DNA of 64,000 nucleotides from a virus (lineage: Duplodnaviria > Caudoviricetes), in the IMG/VR virus record IMGVR_UViG_3300026121_000008, positions 32,001-96,000 of that record. One strand, given 5' to 3'. The notes below the pieces were generated by a model. That model saw only the letters and a program-made list of their open reading frames with translations, did not search any database and was not told the DNA's origin. Below, piece after piece: positions 46,902-54,382 of this stretch (position 1 is the stretch's first letter; each line of letters begins with the position of its first letter). The translations under genes were made by a program, and so were the position numbers.

Positions 46902-47341
46902 ATGGAAACCTACTTCAGCGTGAGTCTCAACGGGCGGTTTGTGTTTCGGACGGACGTGTTTCAGAATGCGACGGACAACGAATTGGCGCGGGTCGAGAAC
47001 GCCCTGCTGGCTCTGCGTCACAGCGGCGAGAACTTCATCATCACCCGGAGCGACCGTCCTGCCTCGTGGACGTCTACGGAAGTGCTCTGAGGCCATCAGG
47101 GGCCGGGAAACCGGCCCTTGACAAACCCCTCTGGGTGTGGGAGAATAGAGGTATGGAAAACGAACTCAAACAGCAGCCGGTGGTCATCCTGCACAAGGGC
47201 TGGACCAACGAGCACACGCGGACGGTTTGGAACCTCCATCTGCGTCCCAACGAGGCTCAGGTCTACGGACAGGTGCGGGATCAGGGTCGGGTGTGGTTGG
47301 TGGGCCTGCGGACAGACGGCAAGTGGGAGCTTTACAAGTAA
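46902..47341 (+). other. Two small early ORFs (46902-47090 and 47153-47341), each with its own promoter
   Basis: Promoters at 46846 and 47118; the second ORF appears leaderless. Confidence 0.65.
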
Positions 47342-47421
47342 GCTCTTGACAAACCCTACCGGACCTGTCAGAATGGTCTGGTAAGGCAGACACGGCAACC
47401 GTTCAAAAGGAGTTTGAACCC

Positions 47422-48285
47422 ATGGCGAAAAAGACCCCGACCGTCCACAACCCGACGCACTTCGAGCCCTCCGCGTACGAGGTCGTGAACTACTTCGACA
47501 ACCGTCGCCCCCAGTACTACGGGCAGGGCCTTCCGGCCTACGAGCAGGAAGTCCGCGACTGGGAGAACGAGCTTCAGGCGACGTTCGGCCCGGACTGGCG
47601 CAGCAAGGTGTTCCACTGCGTGCATTGCGGGAACGGCAACGTCCGCTGGATCACGGCGACGTTCCACGCGCCCACGGGCGAGACGGTAGTGTTCGGGTCG
47701 GACTGCACGGCGCGTCTCGGGTTCCGCAACCACGTCGCGTTCAAGCTGGCGCAGCTTCAGGCCAAGGCCGAAGTCGGTCACAAGCGCATGAAGATCTGGA
47801 AGGCCCGTGTCGCCTTCCTCGAAGCCAACCCGGTGTTCGCGGCAGCGGTCGAGCAAGCCAAGAACGACCTGCACGCGAAGAACGGCTTTGTGCAGGACGT
47901 CATCAGCAAGCTGGGCCAGTACGGTTCGCTCTCTGAGCGTCAGGTGGCGGCTGTCCTGAAGTCCCTCGCCCGCGACGTCGAGATGTCCAAGGCCAAGGTG
48001 GTGGAGGCTGCTGAGGTCAAGGGACCGGCTCCAGAGGGCCGTCAGACGGTCTCAGGGGTCGTCCTGAGCACGAAGGTGCAAGAAGGGGCCTATGGCTCGG
48101 TTCGCAAGATGCTCGTCAAATTGGCGAACGCTTCGCGGGTCTGGGTGACGGTCCCCAGCAAGCTGGCGGTCAACCGGAATGACGCCATCACCTTCTCGGC
48201 TACCTTCGAGGTGTCCAAGGACGACAAGAGCTTTGCCTTCGGGTCACGCCCCACGGTGGTGAGCGTGACTCCGGCAGCGGCGTAA
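47422..48285 (+). CDS. Putative nucleic-acid-binding protein (Zn site plus C-terminal OB-like fold)
   Basis: CVHCG...FGSDC; FVQDV..KL.QYGSLSERQ; GRQTVSGVVLSTK...YG...KMLV; promoter at 47346. Confidence 0.6.
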   Translation: MAKKTPTVHNPTHFEPSAYEVVNYFDNRRPQYYGQGLPAYEQEVRDWENELQATFGPDWRSKVFHCVHCGNGNVRWITATFHAPTGETVVFGSDCTARLGFRNHVAFKLAQLQAKAEVGHKRMKIWKARVAFLEANPVFAAAVEQAKNDLHAKNGFVQDVISKLGQYGSLSERQVAAVLKSLARDVEMSKAKVVEAAEVKGPAPEGRQTVSGVVLSTKVQEGAYGSVRKMLVKLANASRVWVTVPSKLAVNRNDAITFSATFEVSKDDKSFAFGSRPTVVSVTPAAA

Positions 48286-48291
48286 ATAAAC

Positions 48292-48325
48292 CGGGCGAGG
48301 GGATTGACAAACCTCTCGCCCGTTT
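48292..48325 (+). terminator. Hairpin terminator overlapping the next promoter
   Basis: CGGGCGAGGGG/CCTCTCGCCCG followed by TTT, with TTGACA in the loop. Confidence 0.6.
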
Positions 48326-48368
48326 GATAGACTGCGTCAGCTTCCCCAACAGGAGTGGGTGAGTATCC

Positions 48369-48877
48369 ATGATGAGACGACGACTGGTACGACGACTACG
48401 GGTGGCGGAGTTCCACTTCAGGGCGTACACTGGCCCGGAGATGGTGTCCTCGACGGCAGAGCGGCTGTATGCCATGGCTCCACCCGGATTCAAGGTGACG
48501 ACCGTGGGCACACAGCACGTCCACTTCGCGGTGCTGTCCCTGACGCCGTATGGTGCGGAGTTGGCGACCCGGTCGTGGTGGCTCTCGGCAGGCTTGCGGT
48601 TGAAGCCGTCCGATCTGGAGCCCCTCGGGGAGCATGGCATTCAAGTGCAATCCGAAGCGGTGGTGTCATGACAACGTGTGCGGTGTGCCAAGGCACGGAG
48701 GCGTTGTCAGACATGACCGATGGACAGACCCACCACACCCTCTGTCAGGAGTGCCGGGAACTGGTGACGACGTTGTTCTACATCCACGGGACCATGAGCG
48801 TGGCCGTCATGGAGAGCACACGGGCGAAGCGGGGACGCAGGGAGACGGGCGATGCGGATTGGGTTTTCTGGAACTAG
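48369..48877 (+). other. Two small ORFs (48369-48671; 48668-48877 Zn-finger)
   Basis: RBS; ATGA coupling; CAVC...CQEC. Confidence 0.55.
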
Positions 48878-49349
48878 CGCGGGCATGACCAATGACCAGA
48901 TGCTCCAAGTCCACATGCTGCTCGGAGATATGTGGACGGGGGGAGCCACGCAGGCGAGTCATGGGATGTGCCAAGGGGCCGATGAGCAGTTTCACGGCAT
49001 GGCCAAGGTGCTCGGCTACTTTCTGATCGGCTGTCCCGGCGTGTCCCACAAGGACACCCTCTGGAAGCGGTCGGAGAAGTGCCAGTGCGACATGGTGATG
49101 CCGGTGAAGTTCTTCCTCGACCGCAATCGGGACATCGTCCGGGAGTCGGATATCCTGATTGCGACTCCCAAGGAAACGAAGGAGCAGATGCGGGGCTCCG
49201 GGACGTGGGCGACCATTCGGTATGCGCGACAGGCCCACCGGCCCCTCATCATCGTCTGGCCGGATGGCACGAGCACGGTGGAGCATCTCCCCGGCGTCTC
49301 GACGGCAGAGGATTATCGGATGCAGTGTTTGAGAGGAGAATGGGTATGA
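48852..49349 (+). CDS. SLOG-superfamily (DprA/YspA-like) protein
   Basis: IGFSGT; HGMCQGAD; RNRDIV..SDILIA; SGTWATIRYAR. Confidence 0.8.
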   Translation: MRIGFSGTSAGMTNDQMLQVHMLLGDMWTGGATQASHGMCQGADEQFHGMAKVLGYFLIGCPGVSHKDTLWKRSEKCQCDMVMPVKFFLDRNRDIVRESDILIATPKETKEQMRGSGTWATIRYARQAHRPLIIVWPDGTSTVEHLPGVSTAEDYRMQCLRGEWV

Positions 49350-50161
49350 AGGACTTATATCTCGATGCCGTGTTCAAGGGCACGGCGGAATACGGACGGC
49401 AGAATCCGGCGGTGGTCCGCCCGGAGATCCAGCCCATCTTCGGCCCCAAGGGGGTCGGCTACTGGATTGCCCGCCATGCGGCCCGAGAGGCCACAGGAGC
49501 CCTGCTGGAGGAGGCACGGCGGGTTGGGGTCACGGAACAGCAGTGGGAGGCTCTCAGAGCCGTTGCAGCGGACGTGGCCTATGACTAACCACCAGAACCA
49601 CCATCTGCCCCCGGAACTGCCCCCAGACGACCCCACGTTGACCGTGGAGGCCCAGAAGTTCGTCATCAAGGAGTTGACTGCCAAGGTCCAGTTGCTCGTG
49701 GATTACCTCGACAACATGACTCTGCTGGAGGACCACACGTTCACGTTCCCGGACGGAGATGTCTGGAAGGCACAGGACTGACATGAGAGCAGAAGATCCG
49801 ATGACAGTGGAAGTGGCGGTCACCCCCGAAGGGAACGTGTCGATCAACATCCAGCATTTGCCCGTGGGCGCGGATGGATGGGGACATCTGACGTTCAACG
49901 TGCCGCAGGCGATTGAGTTCATCAAGGCGTTCGAGGGTGCCACCCTTGCCGCCTATGGCATGACGCAGGAGCCGGGGCTCAGTCAAAACAAGATGAATTG
50001 AGATGGGCCTCATGAAGAAGGGCAAGTACGTCGTGGTTCACAACGGGGAGGTCTTCGGCGTCTGGTCGAAGCTCTTGCTGGCAGAGCAGTGGGCGGATGG
50101 GAATCTGCGGGGGGAGTACTACGTGGCATTGCTCAAGGAAATCCCCCGGCTGGAGCGGTAG
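49346..50161 (+). other. Run of small hypothetical ORFs (49346-49588, 49581-49781, 49783-50001, ~50003-50161)
   Basis: Tightly coupled short ORFs. Confidence 0.5.
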
Positions 50162-50197
50162 TTGACAAACTCCAGCGAGGTGTGAGAGAATCTCTGT

Positions 50198-50563
50198 ATG
50201 GCAAATCTTCAAGTGGCACAAACGATTCTCGAACAACTCGGCGGGCGCAAGTTTCTCGTCATGACCGGCGCGAAAAATCTGATCGGCAGTGAGAACACCC
50301 TGTCGATGCGGATCAACTCGGTGAACTCCGAGGGCAAGCGGGTGAACGTCGTACATATCGTGTTGGACCTTTCGGATACCTACACGGTCGTGGCGAGCTA
50401 CCTCCGGGCAGGGAAGCTCAAGAACGTCGCCACGGTGAGCGAGGTGTACAACGATGCGCTTCAGAGCGTCTTTACGCGGGTGACCGGGCTCGACACGTCG
50501 CTCGGCACCATGGGGTTCTCGGCAGCAGAGATGCGGGCGTTCAACAACCGGCACGAGGACTGA
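50198..50563 (+). CDS. Conserved phage hypothetical protein (VAQTILEQLGG..F..MTGAK), leaderless
   Basis: Recurrent phage motif ...DTYTV...VY.D.LQ..F...TGL.T.L; promoter at 50162 with ATG 6 nt after the -10. Confidence 0.75.
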   Translation: MANLQVAQTILEQLGGRKFLVMTGAKNLIGSENTLSMRINSVNSEGKRVNVVHIVLDLSDTYTVVASYLRAGKLKNVATVSEVYNDALQSVFTRVTGLDTSLGTMGFSAAEMRAFNNRHED

Positions 50564-50766
50564 GATGAGTGAGATCGGACTACCGCTGATTGTTGGGATG
50601 TTCGCAGGATTGTTGGCAGCTATCTTCGCCCGTTTAGGGGAGGTCAAGGCGGAGTGTGTCCAGACTAACCGATGGCTCTCGGCTATTTACGATGAGGAAC
50701 GAAGGAAGTAGTTGACAAGGTTTCTCCCATGTGAGAAACTCAGGGTCCGATTCAAGGAGTGAACAA

Positions 50767-51224
50767 GTGACTCGCAAGGAACTGGCAAGCAAACTCGCAC
50801 AGGCTCTGACGTCCACGAGCGACCGCTATCTGGCGGGGTGCATGTCCCGGCCCACATGGTCCTCACACATCTCGTCCCTCTGGGGACAGGTGGATGCAGC
50901 GGGCCTGAAGAAGGACGTCCTCAAGTTGGTGGACCCGGCCAAGGTCGGTCTGCGTCCGCTCAGTGAGCAGAGGATCTGACCATGGAACGGCGAAACGTGT
51001 ATTTCGTGACCTACGATCTGGTGATCAACAACAGCGTGCAGGTAGACGACGAACCCGCAGGGGAGGCGTACGTCATGGGCCTCGACTTCGAGGAAGCGTA
51101 CGAACTGGCACAGGCCATCCGATTTGACCTGCGACCGAGTGCGGTCTACAAGGAACTGGCGATTCGGAGTCTGACGCTGGTCCATCCGGGTGTGGTGATT
51201 GGACCCAAGGAGGCAGGACAGTGA
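50767..51224 (+). other. Two small ORFs (50767-50979; 50982-51224)
   Basis: Promoter at 50712; AAGGAG RBS. Confidence 0.55.
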
Positions 51225-51793
51225 AGCGGCAAGTGGCGTGGTGGCTCGTGGTGAGTACGCTGACCATGGGCGGGCGAGTGTGGGCACAGGGAGAAAGTAC
51301 CCCTTTGCTGGAGATAAAACCAAAGTGTGAAGTGTCAGAGGCAGAGTTCATGGCCGCATACTGGCCGGTGATGTCTGTCGAACAGAAGAATATTGCCTGT
51401 GATATCGCGGAGACAGGACGAAGACGGGCGGCAGCACGCGCCAAGCTCGATGCTCCGCCGACGACCAAGGCCCGGAGTCCGATCATGACGTTCGTCGGGC
51501 TAGGATTAGCCGTAGCGGGGGTCATCACAGCGGTACCGCAGGGGGACACGGTAGATGTCGTGGGACATTCGTACTGCGTGAACACGGATACGTCGTGGGG
51601 ATCACATGCGAGTGTGAATTCAGGCGCATGTTCGAGAGGCCCGAATGCTCGATTGGTGGGTGGGTTGATGATTGCAGCGGGTTTACCCATGATTTACTTC
51701 AGCATGCAGCAGGTGGCTATCGAGCCGAGAGTGGGATCATCGGGAGTGGGTGTGACCACTACGGTCAGTTGGGGGAGCAGTCATGCCAAATGA
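51221..51793 (+). CDS. Exported/membrane protein
   Basis: Signal peptide MKRQVAWWLVVSTLTMGGRVWA; two hydrophobic segments. Confidence 0.6.
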   Translation: MKRQVAWWLVVSTLTMGGRVWAQGESTPLLEIKPKCEVSEAEFMAAYWPVMSVEQKNIACDIAETGRRRAAARAKLDAPPTTKARSPIMTFVGLGLAVAGVITAVPQGDTVDVVGHSYCVNTDTSWGSHASVNSGACSRGPNARLVGGLMIAAGLPMIYFSMQQVAIEPRVGSSGVGVTTTVSWGSSHAK

Positions 51794-51992
51794 CGATCTA
51801 TTGAAGATGACCGTGGCGGCGTCGAAGTTCGGGTGGACGGTACCGGTGGCGGAAGCGGAATGGCCCCAGACCCTGATCCATGACGACACGGAGTGGACGA
51901 AGGACGAGATGACACTCGCCGGGAACGGCGAGGTCCAGTGTGTGAACTACACGGATGGCAAGGAGAACTGGCTGGTGGTTTGGAACGAATGA
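51783..51992 (+). CDS. Small hypothetical protein
   Basis: GGAG RBS; coupled to neighbours. Confidence 0.55.
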   Translation: MPNDDLLKMTVAASKFGWTVPVAEAEWPQTLIHDDTEWTKDEMTLAGNGEVQCVNYTDGKENWLVVWNE

Positions 51993-52387
51993 CCAAAAAG
52001 AAAGCGACCCTCGAAGCTGTGCAGGACGTGCAACCAGTTGCCACGGTGGGCTTGAAGAAGATCGTCTCCTTTGGCTACAAGTATGCGCCTCCCCCCAAAG
52101 ATGCCGGGGGGATCGTGGTGGACGTGCGGCAGATGTTCCGGAACCCGTATGCCAATCGGAGCCTGCGTCATAAGACTGGTTTTGACCAGTCTGTGCAGGA
52201 CGAGATCAAAAAGACTCCGGCTTTCCGGACGAAGGTCCGGGCTCTCAAGGCCCTGATGAAAAGCCCCGGCATTTCGGCGGGCTACATCGGGTGCGTCGGT
52301 GGCAAGCATCGGAGCGTGTTTCTGGCGGAGTTACTCGGCAGTGAGTTAGGCGTCCCGGTCGAACACCGTGACGTGCATCGGCCATAG
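51989..52387 (+). CDS. Stand-alone RapZ/YvcJ C-terminal domain protein
   Basis: IVSFGYKY; VDVR...RNPY; IGCVGGKHRSVFLAE.L; HRD. Confidence 0.85.
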   Translation: MTKKKATLEAVQDVQPVATVGLKKIVSFGYKYAPPPKDAGGIVVDVRQMFRNPYANRSLRHKTGFDQSVQDEIKKTPAFRTKVRALKALMKSPGISAGYIGCVGGKHRSVFLAELLGSELGVPVEHRDVHRP

Positions 52388-52397
52388 GAGGGCAGTG

Positions 52398-52670
52398 ATG
52401 GGTGTGATGAGAGACGTGAAGGTGTTGGCGAAGCGGTTGCGGGCCTGTGCGAACGTGTTGGACGCCCTGTTCGAGGAAGACGCGACTCCGGCCAAGGCGG
52501 AACAGATCCGCCAGTCGTTGCCGATGGTGCGACTCCCACGAAAGAAGCGGTTGCACTGGACGCAGAAGCCGGAGAACCGGGAAAAGCTGGTCGAGAAGTC
52601 TCGACGTGCTGCCCAGACAAGGATCGCGCAACGCCGTGCCCAACAAAATCAGACGCCAGAAGCCAGTTAA
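52398..52670 (+). CDS. Small basic hypothetical protein
   Basis: AGGAGG RBS; KLHWTQ.PEN-like motif. Confidence 0.6.
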   Translation: MGVMRDVKVLAKRLRACANVLDALFEEDATPAKAEQIRQSLPMVRLPRKKRLHWTQKPENREKLVEKSRRAAQTRIAQRRAQQNQTPEAS

Positions 52671-52860
52671 GGGCGGGCGGGAGGCTCTGCCGTCCTGCGT
52701 GCTGAAGTCCATCCGGAGGGAGGTCGAGGAGCGGGCCTCCCGCTACCGGGTCTCGAAGTCTTTCGTGATCGCCGTGGCACTGGCCGAGGCATTTGGGGTC
52801 AGGGGACAGGAGTCCTACATGGAGAATCCTGAGAAATCCCGAGGGAAACAGGCGAGTTGA
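52636..52860 (+). CDS. Putative ribbon-helix-helix DNA-binding protein
   Basis: IRREVEERASRYRVSKSFVIAVALAEAF. Confidence 0.5.
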   Translation: MPNKIRRQKPVKGGREALPSCVLKSIRREVEERASRYRVSKSFVIAVALAEAFGVRGQESYMENPEKSRGKQAS

Positions 52861-52934
52861 CAAACTCCAGAGGGGGTGCTAGAATTGGTGTGTAAGTCGG
52901 ACACACGCCAATGGAATGGCACAAGGAGCCCAGT

Positions 52935-53933
52935 ATGAACCTTCACGAAAACGTCGCCAAGCTGCAGTCGGTCCTCTCAAGCCTCAAGTTCAATGACGCG
53001 AAGTTTGCGTCGGACCTGATCGCGTCCTACAAGAAGTACGGCGGCTTGACGCCGAAGCAGGCCCCGTGGATCGAGAAGCTGATCGCCCGTGCGACGGCTC
53101 CGGTCGTGGCCCCCGTCGTGGCCCCGGTCGTCGTGAGCGTCGGTGACTTCTCGGGTGTCGTGGCCCTCTTCAACAAGGCCAAGGAACACCTCAAGTTCCC
53201 GAAGGTCCGTCTGGTGCTCAACAACGTCAAGGTCGTCATCTCGGTGAACGGCCCGAAGTCGAAGACTCCGGGGCACCTGTCGGTGATGGGCGAGGGGCAG
53301 TATCCTCACCGCACGTTCTACGGTCGGGTGAGCCCGGAAGGTCAGTTCTTCGCAGGCCACCTCACGCAGGAACTGAAGGACGCACTGGTGGTGCTCCTGC
53401 AGGAATTCAGCAAGAACCCGGCGCGTGTCGCCAAGGACCATGGCAAGCTGACGGGGAACTGCTGCTTCTGCAACAAGGAAGTCGGCAAGGGCAAGGAGCA
53501 GCGGTCGGTGCATGCGGGGTTCGGCCCGGATTGCGCGGAGCACTACGGGCTCAAGGCCGAGTGGCTGGCAGCGGTGGAGAAGGCGGAGGCGAAAGCCTCC
53601 GTCGCCACGACCTCAATTGAGGCACCGGTCACCTCAATTGAGGTGCCGACTCTCGCGGAGTCATTGGCCAAGGCGACGGGCGCGGTGTCGGTGACCGTGA
53701 CGGATGGCTCGAACGTGGACAGCTACGGCCCGAACCCCGGTGATCTGGGCGACCTCGAACCTTTAGCGGCAGACGAATTTCTGGAGTCGGTGCTCGTGGC
53801 CACGAAGGCGGAAGTGAATTGTTTCTTCTGTGAGCAGCCGTCGTTCGAGACCAAAGTGCTCCATGGCTATGCGGTGTGCCCCGCCTGTGTGCAGGCGTTG
53901 GTGAGCCCCGCGCAGCCGGTCGCACTTTACTGA
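52935..53933 (+). CDS. DUF6011-like Zn-finger protein
   Basis: HGKLTGNCCFCNKE...RSVHAGFGPDCA; second CFFC...CPAC; promoter at 52857. Confidence 0.7.
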   Translation: MNLHENVAKLQSVLSSLKFNDAKFASDLIASYKKYGGLTPKQAPWIEKLIARATAPVVAPVVAPVVVSVGDFSGVVALFNKAKEHLKFPKVRLVLNNVKVVISVNGPKSKTPGHLSVMGEGQYPHRTFYGRVSPEGQFFAGHLTQELKDALVVLLQEFSKNPARVAKDHGKLTGNCCFCNKEVGKGKEQRSVHAGFGPDCAEHYGLKAEWLAAVEKAEAKASVATTSIEAPVTSIEVPTLAESLAKATGAVSVTVTDGSNVDSYGPNPGDLGDLEPLAADEFLESVLVATKAEVNCFFCEQPSFETKVLHGYAVCPACVQALVSPAQPVALY

Positions 53934-53937
53934 GCCC

Positions 53938-54119
53938 AGCCGGATCACGACCGGCTAGTCTGGGGACCAATCCCCGATGAAGATGAAGCGGTGTAGTGGC
54001 CGCAAACAAAGGACGGCCCGTATGGGCTGAGTTTCCGGACCAAAGAAACCGGCGTGAATGAAGGACGCGAGAGACCGGGGGGACGAGCCGCAAGGCGATG
54101 ACTCTTTCCGGTCCCTTCA
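53938..54119 (+). ncRNA. Candidate multi-hairpin structured RNA with a kink-turn-like element
   Basis: Five short hairpins plus a long stem ending in GA-GCC(GCAA)GGC-GAT-GA. Confidence 0.45.
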
Positions 54120-54135
54120 CTGTTTGGAGGAAACT

Positions 54136-54294
54136 ATGGCAATCATCGTGGTGGGTCTGGTAATGGTCGTGACAGCGTTCGCGCTCTGGGTTCGTCGCAA
54201 CAACCAATGGGACGTGACACAGGATGCGATGTCCGATTCGTGGATGCGGGACCATGTCTACCGTACCGGAGCGACTCGGGCATGGCCTGATTAA
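54136..54294 (+). CDS. Small single-TM protein
   Basis: GGAGG RBS; MAIIVVGLVMVVTAFALW...MSDSWM. Confidence 0.6.
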   Translation: MAIIVVGLVMVVTAFALWVRRNNQWDVTQDAMSDSWMRDHVYRTGATRAWPD

Positions 54295-54322
54295 CTGCAA
54301 CCAAGTGCAGGAAAAATAGGGG

Positions 54323-54351
54323 TTGTGTCGGTGCAGGGCTGAGGGTACACT
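54323..54351 (+). promoter_or_regulatory. Possible promoter TTGTGT-N17-TACACT for the fibre operon
   Basis: Weak -35, good -10; the 14-bp palindrome lies 13 bp upstream. Confidence 0.45.
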
Positions 54352-54382
54352 GTGGCGTCCCTGACAGGAGTCTGCTGAGCCG

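Noticed and set aside
53611-53646. Tandem ACCTCAATTGAGG palindromes
   Set aside because: Explained by a short in-frame duplication (TSIEAPV/TSIEVP); lacks the GCA/TGC arms of the dispersed motif
53970-54050. Hammerhead ribozyme in the structured region
   Set aside because: No intact CUGANGA...GAAA core with correctly placed stems
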